In this document: in pieces, positions 21,794 through 31,967 of the stretch
Position numbering within the stretch: the stretch's first letter is position 1
Layout of the letters: the number at the start of each line of letters is the position of its first letter
Source of the DNA: Candidatus Bathyarchaeia archaeon
GTDB lineage: Archaea > Thermoproteota > Bathyarchaeia > Bathyarchaeales > Bathycorpusculaceae
Length of the DNA: 64,000 bases
Reading direction: 5' to 3'
NCBI GenBank assembly: GCA_038882955.1
Contig: JAVZNC010000004.1
Span: 1-64,000 of the forward strand
The notes under the pieces: generated by a model
What the model saw: only the letters and a program-made list of their open reading frames with translations
What the model was told of the DNA's origin: nothing
The model's database searches: none
Made by a program: the position numbers and the translations under genes

Positions 21794-22260
21794 TGAAAAC
21801 GAGAATAATGACAAAAAATGACCGTGGCAAAGGAAAGGCGAGGAAAAGCTCGAGCATTGAAGAAATTAGCAGAAAGCTGGATTTGATAATAAAGAGGCTT
21901 GAAACTCTAGAGGCGCTTGTGGTAAATAACCCAGAATACGAGCAGCTTGCGCCTTACCTGCGCTTGACACGCATAGGAATGGGCTTCTACGGTGAACCGC
22001 TGAAAGTCGCAGCCCGCCTAAAAACAGCTGAAAAACACCTTAAAAAACAGTGGATTGCCCAAGACGACATTTCACGTTGCATTGTTCAGGCGCTAGCCCT
22101 TTACGAGAAATTAAATGTTTCGGCGATTACGCGTCAAGTCAAGAAAATGCGTGGAAAGGCCTCTAGAAGAATTGTCAGAGAGCGACTTAAACGCTTGGAA
22201 AGCGAAGGCGTCATCAGAAACGTAAAAGGTTATGGAAACGTTTACGAGCTTGCGGAATGA
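21793..22260 (+). CDS. Putative winged-helix transcriptional regulator with an N-terminal coiled coil
   Basis: C-terminal [33 protein letters not shown]. Confidence 0.75.
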   Translation: MKTRIMTKNDRGKGKARKSSSIEEISRKLDLIIKRLETLEALVVNNPEYEQLAPYLRLTRIGMGFYGEPLKVAARLKTAEKHLKKQWIAQDDISRCIVQALALYEKLNVSAITRQVKKMRGKASRRIVRERLKRLESEGVIRNVKGYGNVYELAE

Positions 22261-22337
22261 TCAGCCACTTGACCACTTTTTTCCAGAATAAATAACTGTG
22301 TTAGCCAAACAATTAATTCTCAAAGAGGTGAAATGAA

Positions 22338-22784
22338 ATGGATGAAAAAGAAAAAGAGGATGTTGAAGAGCTAAAAGAAGTCTTAAGTGTTGTTTCAAAA
22401 GAGGTTCCAAACCTAATAAAGGCGATAATCGCAAGCGTCTTCTCAGAGGAAGCGGGAAGGGACATGGGTAGAGCTGCCGCGGCATTCTATAAAGAGCTGA
22501 AGGATGCGGGATTACCAGAGGAAATTGCCGTGAAGATGACTGAAAACTATGTGTCTGTTTTCACAAGCCTAGGAGACGTGATGAAAAAAGCTGTAAGTGG
22601 CAAAGAAAAAATTGAGGGAGCAAAAATTGGCAAAGAGATGAGCGAAGAGATTTCAAGGAAAGTTAGGGAGAAACTTGCCGAAAAACTCGGCAAAGAAGTA
22701 AGCGAAGAAGTCTCCAAGGAAATCGAGAAGGAATTAGCTAAACGCCGCAGAGAGGAGCACGAGGAAGAGGAAGACGAAGATTAA
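22338..22784 (+). CDS. Hypothetical helical/acidic protein
   Basis: 148 aa; GAGGTGA RBS; internal repeat K[IL]GKE[MV]SEE[IV]S. Confidence 0.8.
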   Translation: MDEKEKEDVEELKEVLSVVSKEVPNLIKAIIASVFSEEAGRDMGRAAAAFYKELKDAGLPEEIAVKMTENYVSVFTSLGDVMKKAVSGKEKIEGAKIGKEMSEEISRKVREKLAEKLGKEVSEEVSKEIEKELAKRRREEHEEEEDED

Positions 22785-22801
22785 CGTGCAAGCGTGGTCC
22801 A

Positions 22802-23038
22802 ATGAAAATTCGAAGCGTAATCAGCATAATATTCTTCATATCCTACATTCTGTTTAGCATGCTAATCTTGTGGGCTACGTTAGGCTGGAATGTCCGCAAA
22901 ACAAGAAAAGCCTTTGAAAAACAGTTAATCCGCCAAGGAATGGCGAAAAAGGATGCGAGGAAACTCAGCGCTCAATACTCAAAGCTGAAAAACGATTTAA
23001 TGAATACGCTAAAACGTTCGATAAGGAGCGGAATCTAA
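22802..23038 (+). CDS. Small membrane-anchored hypothetical protein
   Basis: N-terminal TM followed by a basic helical domain; co-oriented with the upstream gene. Confidence 0.7.
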   Translation: MKIRSVISIIFFISYILFSMLILWATLGWNVRKTRKAFEKQLIRQGMAKKDARKLSAQYSKLKNDLMNTLKRSIRSGI

Positions 23039-24027
23039 ACCTTGAAAGCGTCCACGTACACTTGAGCACAGCAGAAAGACGAGAAACTTATTCTGTACCC
23101 CCTTTTTTCAGCGAATTTTATGGCTTCCTCCGCTGGAAAGGCTATGGCGTCAACACCAGCCTTTAAGGCTAAAATGTCCGTTTCTGTACGGTGCTTGCCT
23201 TTAGGTCGCATGCAGCCGAGAACCAAAGGAATCTTTGGAAACATCAGCCTAGCTGTGGCTAAAACTCGTGCTATGTCTATCGGTTTTGGAGGCTCCACGT
23301 TTGCCATTTCTGTTCCATGTATTGGCATAAAAGCGATTACCACAAGGGCTGAAGGCTTATACTTCGAAATCATTTTGAGGGCTTGAAGCTCGTCCTTCAA
23401 CCTTCCATAATGAAGCCCCACAATCACATGTGGAACAAAATGGATTCCAGCATCATTCAAAGCCCTTAATGAACTATCATAATCGCTAACCGCCACGTCC
23501 AAATTGTATATTTCCCTAATTGTCTCGTCAGAACCAATGACATCAATTAGTGCTGCATCCACACCAGCAAGTCTAAGCCTTCCAGCAGTATAAGCGTCAA
23601 TAATCCCAGTGTGGACGAAAACCACTAAGCATAAGTCGCGCTTAACACGTTCAATCGTCTCCATAAATTTTCCAAGCGGGACAGAACCGTCTGGCAGGCA
23701 GCCGCCACTTATCAAGCACCCAGAAGCTCCATCATCTTTAAGTTTTGCGCAAAGTTTCAGCAGCTCTTCTGGTGTTGTGGCGGGATACATTGTCTCTAAA
23801 ACCTTTCCGCCGCAATGTTTGCATTTTAAGGCGCATCCACTTCCAGTCACGGATATTGTTGGAAAATTCTTCGGTGAAGAGCAAAAATAGCTTGTTTTGT
23901 AGTACATAAAACTTGGAGCATAAAACCTTACGCCTTTGGGTTTAGCGGTTAACACTCCTGAATCTAGAAGTGCCATTAATTTTTTCTCGTCAATTTGCCA
24001 CAGGTTTTCTGGCGAAATTTCTGACAT
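23035..24027 (-). CDS. lipS1: Radical SAM protein, LipS1-type lipoyl synthase subunit
   Basis: CALKCKHC; LGCMRP and C-terminal CC match the GC(M/A)R and CC motifs of Thermococcus LipS1. Confidence 0.82.
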   Translation of the reverse strand: MSEISPENLWQIDEKKLMALLDSGVLTAKPKGVRFYAPSFMYYKTSYFCSSPKNFPTISVTGSGCALKCKHCGGKVLETMYPATTPEELLKLCAKLKDDGASGCLISGGCLPDGSVPLGKFMETIERVKRDLCLVVFVHTGIIDAYTAGRLRLAGVDAALIDVIGSDETIREIYNLDVAVSDYDSSLRALNDAGIHFVPHVIVGLHYGRLKDELQALKMISKYKPSALVVIAFMPIHGTEMANVEPPKPIDIARVLATARLMFPKIPLVLGCMRPKGKHRTETDILALKAGVDAIAFPAEEAIKFAEKRGYRISFSSFCCAQVYVDAFKV

Positions 24028-24093
24028 GCGTTTCTCTTTTAAGAAAAACCCCTAAGGTTTGTTATAGTTTTCGCCTTCTGTAACGCGATGTCT

Positions 24094-24417
24094 TCACTGT
24101 TGCTCAACGTTTTTTGAAATTTTCGGAATAACCTCAAAAGCTTCGTCTAAAACCTTAACCTTATTCAACACTTTTTCAAGGTACTTCTGGAAGTTCAGAG
24201 CCTTAAAGACGGCGACGCCCCGCTCCGTGATTGCATACAAGGTTTTTCTTCCAGAAACCCTCTCTTCAACAAGCCCATACTTAATCAGCGATTCCAGCCG
24301 CTGCTTAAGCACCGAACATTCTATGCTCGTCTCGTACGCTAGCCTATCCACGCTTAAAGGCTTGCTTACAAGAGCCCCTAGAATCTCCTCGTAACATTCA
24401 AGCTTTGACCTACGCAT
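24094..24417 (-). CDS. Winged helix-turn-helix protein
   Basis: MRRSKLE...LIKYGLVEE..YAITERG archaeal wHTH pattern. Confidence 0.85.
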   Translation of the reverse strand: MRRSKLECYEEILGALVSKPLSVDRLAYETSIECSVLKQRLESLIKYGLVEERVSGRKTLYAITERGVAVFKALNFQKYLEKVLNKVKVLDEAFEVIPKISKNVEQQ

Positions 24418-24564
24418 TTCAAACGCCTAACCTACCGTTTCGCTGGATGTGGATAAAGCGTTTGTGAATTCAGAATCTTTAGTTCACAGAAACAATTTGG
24501 ATGCAACAAATATTAACATAAACACTATAGATTAAATCAACCCAGTACAAAGGGCGCTTAAAAA

Positions 24565-25590
24565 ATGGCTGCTGCAAATGAAAGAATTCCTCCAAAGATT
24601 CGCGTTTCACTAGGCTCCGCCATTATCCTCCAACTTCTAAATGGCAAACTCGACGCAACGCCAACAACAGTCTACCTAATGACCTATAAAGAAGGCAAAT
24701 GTATTGCAAACTGCGCCTTCTGCCCCCAAGCCCGCGAAAGCAGCAGCAGAGCCGACATGCTCTCAAGAGTCTCATGGCCAACATTCCCAACAAAAAACGT
24801 TCTAAAAGGAGTGACCGAAGCAGTTGCAAAGGGAACTATGAAGAGAGTATGCATTCAAGCGCTAAACTATCCAGAAGTTTTCAGAGATTTAATAGCCCTA
24901 ATAACGGCTATTAGGCAAAATGCAAACGTTCCAATTTCAGTGTCATGCCAGCCACTAAGTGTTGAGAACATACAATTGCTAGCCGAGGCTGGGGCTGAAA
25001 GAATAGGAATACCATTAGACGCCGCCACAAAGGAAATATTCGATGTCGTTAAGGGAGCAGCGGCTGGAGGACCATACAACTGGGAAAAGCAATGGCAAAT
25101 TTTAGCCGAAGCCACCAAAATCTTTGGAAAAGGAAGGGTTAGCACCCACCTCATTGTTGGTTTAGGAGAAACAGAAGAGGAAATGGTTTCAACAATCCAA
25201 GCATGCGTTGACATGGGCGTTCTTCCAGCACTTTTCGCTTTCACACCCATCGCCGGAACAAAACTTGAAAGTGCACATCAACCAGCAATCGAAAAGTACC
25301 GGCGAGTTCAAGTTGCGAGATATTTAATAGTTCATGGACTCTCAAAATTCGCAAATATGAAGTTTAACAGCAAAGGCGAATTAACTGGTTTCGGAGTCAA
25401 CCGAGACACTATATTGCAAATCATCGAGACGGGGATTCCATTTCTAACGTCTGGATGCCCCAATTGCAATCGCCCATACTACAACGAGAAGCCAAGCGGA
25501 CCAATCTACAATTACCCGCGACCATTAACTCCTAAAGAAATAGAAAAGTTAGCAAATGACGTAACCACAACAGTTGTAGAAACTTATTAA
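24565..25590 (+). CDS. lipS2: Radical SAM protein, LipS2-type lipoyl synthase subunit
   Basis: CIANCAFC; TSGCPNCNRP matches the TxGCPxC(N/D)RP motif of LipS2. Confidence 0.82.
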   Translation: MAAANERIPPKIRVSLGSAIILQLLNGKLDATPTTVYLMTYKEGKCIANCAFCPQARESSSRADMLSRVSWPTFPTKNVLKGVTEAVAKGTMKRVCIQALNYPEVFRDLIALITAIRQNANVPISVSCQPLSVENIQLLAEAGAERIGIPLDAATKEIFDVVKGAAAGGPYNWEKQWQILAEATKIFGKGRVSTHLIVGLGETEEEMVSTIQACVDMGVLPALFAFTPIAGTKLESAHQPAIEKYRRVQVARYLIVHGLSKFANMKFNSKGELTGFGVNRDTILQIIETGIPFLTSGCPNCNRPYYNEKPSGPIYNYPRPLTPKEIEKLANDVTTTVVETY

Positions 25591-25636
25591 TTTGAAATTT
25601 GCTGAATAATAAGCATTCAAGGGGGATTATGGGAGA

Positions 25637-26548
25637 ATGGTTGAGGCTCCAGTTGAAGACAAGAGAATCACCCTAAAAGAGGCTGCCAAAATGATCCCAG
25701 ACGGAGCGCACCTTTTCTGGGGCGGTTTCGGTTTTCAGCGTCCGCCAATGGCTTTCGCTCATGAGCTTGTGAGGCAAAAGAAGAGAAACTTGACAATTTA
25801 CACATGCGGTTCAGAGATGGACATCGATATACTTTCGGGCGCTTATGTTGCTTCGCGTTTTGAACTGGCCTTCTTTGCAATTGAAGGAATAGGCCTAGCG
25901 CCTAACATCCAGAGAAGAATTCGTGAAGGCGCAATTCAAATAGAGGATTATACGAATTTGGCGATGGCTTTGCGTTTTCTAGGCGGAGCCCTGGGGGTTC
26001 CATTTATGCCCTTGAAGAGCATGCTGGGCACCGATCTTTTGGCGAAAACGCGTTTCAGACAAAAAAAGGCTGAGGTTATAACGTGTCCCTTTACCGGAGA
26101 AAAGGTTGTTCTTGTTCCGTCTGTTCGACCAGATTTTAGCATAGTTCACGTTTCACGCGTTGATAGGGAAGGAAACGCACAGATAGACGGCATTAAAGGC
26201 GAAGATGTTGAAGGCGCAAGAGCCGGCAAGAAAGCAATTGTTATGGCTGAAGAAATTGTTGACACAGAATTCATACGCTCACAACCAGACCAGACGGTTA
26301 TACCCAACATTTACGTTACGCATGTTGTTGAATGTCCGTGGGGCGCTTACCCAATGATGGTTTACAATTACTATGATTACGACATGGAGCACGTTCGCAT
26401 GTACTACGAACAGTGCAAAACCGAAGAAGGCTGGCAGAAATACTGCGAAGAATACATAACGGGTGTTGATAACCATATGGAGTTCCTGCGAAAAATAGGG
26501 ATTGAGCGCCTCCTAAAACTTAAAGCGAAAAAGCCATTCCCATATTAG
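25637..26548 (+). CDS. Family I CoA-transferase subunit A (glutaconate CoA-transferase-like)
   Basis: R.PMAFAHELVRQ, GALGVPFMP..S.LGTDL, CPFTGE. Confidence 0.88.
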   Translation: MVEAPVEDKRITLKEAAKMIPDGAHLFWGGFGFQRPPMAFAHELVRQKKRNLTIYTCGSEMDIDILSGAYVASRFELAFFAIEGIGLAPNIQRRIREGAIQIEDYTNLAMALRFLGGALGVPFMPLKSMLGTDLLAKTRFRQKKAEVITCPFTGEKVVLVPSVRPDFSIVHVSRVDREGNAQIDGIKGEDVEGARAGKKAIVMAEEIVDTEFIRSQPDQTVIPNIYVTHVVECPWGAYPMMVYNYYDYDMEHVRMYYEQCKTEEGWQKYCEEYITGVDNHMEFLRKIGIERLLKLKAKKPFPY

Positions 26549-26559
26549 GAGATGTAAGC

Positions 26560-27351
26560 ATGAAAAAGCATTATGCGAATCCAAGCGAGTTCACAACGCT
26601 TGAGTTGATGGCTGTTTGCGGGGCTAGGGTGATAAAAAACGGCGAAGTTGTCTTTGTTGGGACAGGCTTGCCCATGATTGCAGCAATGCTAGCCAAAAGG
26701 ACGCATGCACCAAAAGCGAAAATCGTTTACGAAGCTGGGTTCATAGATTCAAACGCTATAGACCTAGCACTTTCAATAGCCGATTCAAGACTTGGCTATC
26801 GCGCATCAGCAGCAATAGGACTAATCGAAACCTTGGGTTTGCTCCTACAAGGCGGACGTGTTGACGTCGGTTTTGTCGGCGCAGCGCAAATTGACGAATA
26901 TGGAAATATAAACACCACATACATTGGAAGTTTCGAAAAACCAAACGTGAGACTTCCAGGAAGCGGCGGTGGAAACGACATAATCTCTTCTGCAAAAAGA
27001 ATAGTCATAATAATGACTCATGAAAAGCGGAAAATGGTGAAGAAACTCGACTACTTAACAAGCCCAGGACATCTTGATGGACCTAGAGCACGGGAAAAAG
27101 CTGGCTTGCTTGGCGGCGGCCCCTCATTAGTGGTAACTAATCTTTGCCAGATGGACTTTGACCCTAAAACGAAGCGCATAAGGTTGGCTACAATTCATCC
27201 GGGCGTTTCGCTACAGCAGATCTTAGAAAACACTGGCTTCGACCTTATAATTCCTGAAGACGTGCCGACAACAGAGTTGCCGACATATGAGGAATTGAAC
27301 ATTTTGCGGGCTATAGATCCGCATGGAATTTACATACCGCGACCTAAATAG
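26560..27351 (+). CDS. Family I CoA-transferase subunit B
   Basis: FVGTGLP, catalytic YEAG, GAAQID.YGNINTT, RLPGSGGGND. Confidence 0.88.
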   Translation: MKKHYANPSEFTTLELMAVCGARVIKNGEVVFVGTGLPMIAAMLAKRTHAPKAKIVYEAGFIDSNAIDLALSIADSRLGYRASAAIGLIETLGLLLQGGRVDVGFVGAAQIDEYGNINTTYIGSFEKPNVRLPGSGGGNDIISSAKRIVIIMTHEKRKMVKKLDYLTSPGHLDGPRAREKAGLLGGGPSLVVTNLCQMDFDPKTKRIRLATIHPGVSLQQILENTGFDLIIPEDVPTTELPTYEELNILRAIDPHGIYIPRPK

Positions 27352-28660
27352 GCTGGAATTTTGGCTTCTGCTTCGTTATTTGCTCAACTATCTTCCAGAA
27401 CTCCTCTTCGGGTAAGCCTCTGCGCAGCTCCTTCATAAGCTTCTTTATTTGGTAAAACGTCATTTGCGCTCCACCCTTGTCTGTGATTTCTTGCATACTC
27501 CTTATTCGCCTCATTATTTCGTTGATCTGCATGGGTGTAGCTTTGATTCCGGCCATGCTCAAATATTGCTCCACAACTTCTCTAGCAGTTTGTCTCCCCA
27601 AATAAAACGTGGTCTGCCTCTCTATGATTTCCGGCGGGAAAGGCTCATATATCATTGGGTGAGCTATCATCCCTTGAATGTGCTCTTCTGCCTCATAAGA
27701 AAAAACGTTTTCGCCGACTATGGGCTTGTGAAGCGGAACTGGCAAGGCGAAGGCTTTTTCAGCTAGCTGCGCAAGTCTATAAAGTTTCTTCAAATCTAAA
27801 CCAGTGTCTATGTCATAAAGTAGTTCAAGGGCAACAGCAACCTCTTCCATTGGGGCTACCCCAGCCCTCTCGCCGAAACCAGCAACACAAGTATGTAGAT
27901 GCGCAATTCCCTCTTCTACGGCTGCAAGGGTGTTCGCAGTTGCTAATCCAAAATCATTGTGACAGTGAACCGAAAGCGAAATGTCCCCTTTTGCTATTTT
28001 TGTGATTTCTTCGCGTATGTGTGCTATTAGATAGCGTAGTGAAAGGGGTCTAAGAAAGCCAACAGTGTCGGCGATGACAAGCCTATCTGCCCCCGCTTTT
28101 ATGGCGGTTTCAAAGATTTGTGAAATCTCTTCTATAGGCGTTCTAGAAGCGTCTTCCAACACAAAGTTCACTGTTGCACCATGTTTTTTGGCGTAATCAA
28201 TAGTCTCAAACGTTTTTGCCAAAACTTGCTCTTTGCTCATTTTCAACCTATGTTGAAGATTAAGCCCATTAAAGGGTGTAACAACCAGAATTTCTTTTAT
28301 TCCGCACTGTAAACAAGCGTCTATGTCACTTTTGTTTATCCTCGCTGAAGCCGCCAAACGCGCTTGCTGGAAGCTTTCGTTTGCAATTTTTCTAACATCA
28401 TTCTTTTCCTCTTCAGAAAGCGCTGGAAATCCCACGTCTATAACGAAGACACCGGTTTCGTCGAGCATTTTAGCCAACTTGACCTTCTCTACGTATGTCA
28501 AATAGACTGTTGGTGTTTGGACGCCTTCTCTCAGGGTTTCGTCCCAAATGTAGACTCTTTCTGGAAGCTTCGGAGGCAAATTCTTTCTGTAACGGTTATA
28601 ATTTGCTATTAGCCCTTGAGCCTCAAGCTTTCTAAAGATTGTTTTTCTCATCAAGCCCAC
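27344..28660 (-). CDS. DRE-TIM acetyl-CoA-condensing synthase (homocitrate/isopropylmalate/citramalate synthase family), divergent
   Basis: DETLREGVQTP, ADTVG, HCHNDFGLATAN, GFGERAG. Confidence 0.82.
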   Translation of the reverse strand: MGLMRKTIFRKLEAQGLIANYNRYRKNLPPKLPERVYIWDETLREGVQTPTVYLTYVEKVKLAKMLDETGVFVIDVGFPALSEEEKNDVRKIANESFQQARLAASARINKSDIDACLQCGIKEILVVTPFNGLNLQHRLKMSKEQVLAKTFETIDYAKKHGATVNFVLEDASRTPIEEISQIFETAIKAGADRLVIADTVGFLRPLSLRYLIAHIREEITKIAKGDISLSVHCHNDFGLATANTLAAVEEGIAHLHTCVAGFGERAGVAPMEEVAVALELLYDIDTGLDLKKLYRLAQLAEKAFALPVPLHKPIVGENVFSYEAEEHIQGMIAHPMIYEPFPPEIIERQTTFYLGRQTAREVVEQYLSMAGIKATPMQINEIMRRIRSMQEITDKGGAQMTFYQIKKLMKELRRGLPEEEFWKIVEQITKQKPKFQPI

Positions 28661-28844
28661 AGCCTAAATAAACCTGCGACAAGGTACACTGTGTTATTTC
28701 ATATTCACTAATATAAAAATTGACATTTCCATACGCAAAGAGCCTCTAAAAACGACAATTCTAAACATGGCTTTGTCCCATTTACACGCGAAAGTTTAAA
28801 ATTAATAATGGCAATAAGCCAATACAATTCGTGGTGAACTAGAA

Positions 28845-30011
28845 ATGAATTTTGAATTAACCGCCGAACAGAAAATGATAGTTGAAACTGCGAAGGAGAT
28901 AGCCCGCGACTTCGGTCCAGAATATTGGCGTGAAAAGGACAAAAAGCACGAGTTTCCAGAAGAGTTCTGGAAGAGCATAGTAGAGGCAGGTTTTGCTGGT
29001 ATAGTTATACCGGAAAAGTATGGTGGCGGGGGTATGGGAATGTTTGAGATGCTTTTGGCGATGGAAACGCTTGTTTCTGAAGGCTGCGGTTTGGGCGGAG
29101 AATGGTTCTTATGCTTATCCACGATATTTGGCGGCTTATCAATTGTTAAGCATGGAAGCGAAGCCCAAAAGGAAAAGTATCTGCCACAAATAGCAAGGGG
29201 AATGGAATTCTGTCTGGCGCTGACAGAGGCAGATGCTGGAACAAACACGCTTAACATCAAAACAACGGCGGTGCTAGAAGGCGATGAATACCGCGTTAAC
29301 GGACAAAAAATGTTCATTTCGGGAGCTGACCGCGCAAGGGGAATGCTCCTAGTAACAAGGACAACACCCATAGAGAAAGCCTCAAAAAGAACTTTGGGCT
29401 TGTCGCTTTTTCTTGTGGATTTGCCAAACCCAGCAGTTGAAGTCATCCCAATCGATAAGCACGGAATAAACTACTCAAAAACATGCGAGGTTTACATAAG
29501 TGACTTGCGACTACCAAAAGAAAATCTTCTAGGCGAAGTGGACAAGGGATGGTACCTTGTTTTGGACACGCTTAATCCAGAACGCATGAGTTTCTCCGCT
29601 GCAGCATGCGGACTGGGACTGTTGGCGATAAACAAGGCTGTAGAATACGCGAAAGAACGAAAAGTATTCGACGCGCCCATCGGCTCGCATCAAGCAATAC
29701 AGTTTCCACTCGCAGAGGCAAAAGCCAAAATCGAAGCTGCACGCCTATTAAACTACAAGGCTGCTTGGCTTTACGACCAAGGGAAAGAATGCGCCGCAGA
29801 AGCAAACATGGCAAAAGTGGCAGCAGTAGACGCTGGCATAGCAGCGGTTTACCATTCGATGCAGACGTTTGGAGGCTACGGTTACGCGGTTGAATATGAT
29901 GTTGAACGCTGGTGGCGCGAAGTGAACTTGATAAGGCTTGCGCCTGTGACGCATCAAATGGCACTAGCATTCATAGGGCAACACGTACTAGGATTGCCAA
30001 AATCCTATTAG
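28845..30011 (+). CDS. Acyl-CoA dehydrogenase
   Basis: ALTEADAGT, NGQKMFIS, YAKERKVF..PIG.HQAIQF, QTFGGYGY. Confidence 0.93.
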   Translation: MNFELTAEQKMIVETAKEIARDFGPEYWREKDKKHEFPEEFWKSIVEAGFAGIVIPEKYGGGGMGMFEMLLAMETLVSEGCGLGGEWFLCLSTIFGGLSIVKHGSEAQKEKYLPQIARGMEFCLALTEADAGTNTLNIKTTAVLEGDEYRVNGQKMFISGADRARGMLLVTRTTPIEKASKRTLGLSLFLVDLPNPAVEVIPIDKHGINYSKTCEVYISDLRLPKENLLGEVDKGWYLVLDTLNPERMSFSAAACGLGLLAINKAVEYAKERKVFDAPIGSHQAIQFPLAEAKAKIEAARLLNYKAAWLYDQGKECAAEANMAKVAAVDAGIAAVYHSMQTFGGYGYAVEYDVERWWREVNLIRLAPVTHQMALAFIGQHVLGLPKSY

Positions 30012-30076
30012 GATAGAGCTTCAAGCTTTATGCCTATTCCAAAAAGCGAAGCACTTTAAAAACAAGTGAAAAAGCT

Positions 30077-30967
30077 TTGAACTTTACAAAAAGTCACGGA
30101 TTGCTGATTCTGGCAAGTTTCTGCTTTAGCTTTATTCTTATTTTCTCAACTATGCTGAAGAACGTTGGAGTTTCAAGTCTTCAGCAAGTTCTTTTCCGTG
30201 TAACGCTAGCTCTCCCGCTCATACTTGTTCTTATTAAGGGCAAAATTAAACTCGAAAAGAAAGATTTGCCATACTTTGCCCTAATAGGCTTTATATTTTC
30301 AGCCTTCCTCTTTTCAGCTTTATCATCAATAGTTTTTGGCTGTCCAATAGCCGTGTCAACGGCTCTAATTTATACGCAACCATTCTTCACAGCGATATTA
30401 GCCGTCCTCTCCAAAAAAGAAAAGGTAACCCCAAGAAAGTTTGCCATAATCTTAATTGGGATGGTTGGCGCGCTTTTGGCAAGTGGAATATTAACTGAGC
30501 AATATTTGACAATTAGCATTACGGGGATTTTGTTTGCGTTGCTTGCGGGTTTTCTTTATGCCACATACTTGTTCCTTAAAAGAATGCGAAAAACAAGTTA
30601 TACACCACTTCAAGGACTATTCAACACTTTCATGTTCGCAGCAGTATGCTCTTTGATCCTGGGCTTGACACTGCGGCTTTTCATAACAGACACAAAATTG
30701 ATAGGCTTTTCAATTCCAGATTCATATCAACTTCTCCTACTAATCCTATTCGCTTTTTTCAGCACAACGCTTCCATATGGCTTGTTAAACTATGTTAAAA
30801 CTGGCGAGGCATCACCGACAACAGAGGGAACAATACTGCTTTTAGACCCGTTTCTTCACAATGTTTGGGCAGTGCTCATTTTCCAACAGTACGTTTCCAT
30901 GGTCCGCTACTTAGGAATTGGGTTAATACTCTTAAGCGCCGCAGCCATGCTTAGAATAAGGCAATAA
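30077..30967 (+). CDS. DMT/EamA family transporter
   Basis: About 10 TM helices; LIYTQPFFTAILA..KEK. Confidence 0.85.
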   Translation: MNFTKSHGLLILASFCFSFILIFSTMLKNVGVSSLQQVLFRVTLALPLILVLIKGKIKLEKKDLPYFALIGFIFSAFLFSALSSIVFGCPIAVSTALIYTQPFFTAILAVLSKKEKVTPRKFAIILIGMVGALLASGILTEQYLTISITGILFALLAGFLYATYLFLKRMRKTSYTPLQGLFNTFMFAAVCSLILGLTLRLFITDTKLIGFSIPDSYQLLLLILFAFFSTTLPYGLLNYVKTGEASPTTEGTILLLDPFLHNVWAVLIFQQYVSMVRYLGIGLILLSAAAMLRIRQ

Positions 30968-31077
30968 ACATTGCAAACTGCAAGCTGGGCAACAAAATGC
31001 CAAATTAACCTTAAAATTTTCATTCGCGATTGAAAACCTTTTTAACAAAAAGTCAGACAAAATAACCTTCGTTCAAG

Positions 31078-31950
31078 GTGAAAAATATGGACGTTAAAAA
31101 AATAGCTGTTTTAGGTGCTGGTTTGATGGGTCATGGCATAACGCAAGTTGCGGCTCAAATTGGCAAATACGAAGTGTACATGCGCGATGTCGAGCAGCGT
31201 TTCATCGACAATGGCATGAACATGATTAAAGCCAGCCTACAAAAATTCTTGAGTAAGGGACAGATAACCGAGCAGCAGATGAACGAAATCCTAGCGAGAA
31301 TACACCCAACATTAGACTTGAAAGAAGCCGTGCAAAACGCCGACTTAATCATTGAGGCTGTTCCAGAAAACGTTGAACTGAAAAGGGCTACGTTTCACGA
31401 AGTAGACGCACACGCGCCATCACACGCCATAATTGCATCAAACACTTCAAGCATAAGCATAACAGAGCTAGGCTCAGCCACAAAACGCCCAGAAAAAGTA
31501 TGCGGCATGCACTTCTTTAATCCACCACAACTTATGAAACTCGTCGAGGTAATACGCGGAGCAAAAACATCAGACGAAACAATACAAACAGTCTTGGAAG
31601 TAGCACACAAAATGGAGAAAGAAACAGTACTCGTAAAAAAGGATTGTCCAGGCTTTATAGTGAACCGCATACTAATCCCAGCCCTAAACGAAGCAGTAGC
31701 CCTATACTGGGAGGGCGTAGCAGAAAGAGACGACATAGACAAAGCCATAAAACTGGGGCTAAACTGGCCTATGGGACCGCTTATGCTCTTGGACTACATT
31801 GGCGCTGACACAACGCTGTTTATTGCGGAAGTTCTTGAACGCGAAATAGACGAGAAGTTCCATCCACATCCGGGACTGAAACAAATGGTTAGGGCGAACA
31901 TGTTGGGGCGGAAGACTGGAAAGGGCTTCTACGATTGGACACAAAAGTAA
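31078..31950 (+). CDS. hbd: 3-hydroxyacyl(butyryl)-CoA dehydrogenase
   Basis: GAGLMGHGI, IEAVPE, SNTSS, GMHFFNP, PGFIVNR, PMGP. Confidence 0.93.
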   Translation: MKNMDVKKIAVLGAGLMGHGITQVAAQIGKYEVYMRDVEQRFIDNGMNMIKASLQKFLSKGQITEQQMNEILARIHPTLDLKEAVQNADLIIEAVPENVELKRATFHEVDAHAPSHAIIASNTSSISITELGSATKRPEKVCGMHFFNPPQLMKLVEVIRGAKTSDETIQTVLEVAHKMEKETVLVKKDCPGFIVNRILIPALNEAVALYWEGVAERDDIDKAIKLGLNWPMGPLMLLDYIGADTTLFIAEVLEREIDEKFHPHPGLKQMVRANMLGRKTGKGFYDWTQK

Positions 31951-31967
31951 GGAGCGTGTCAAAACGC

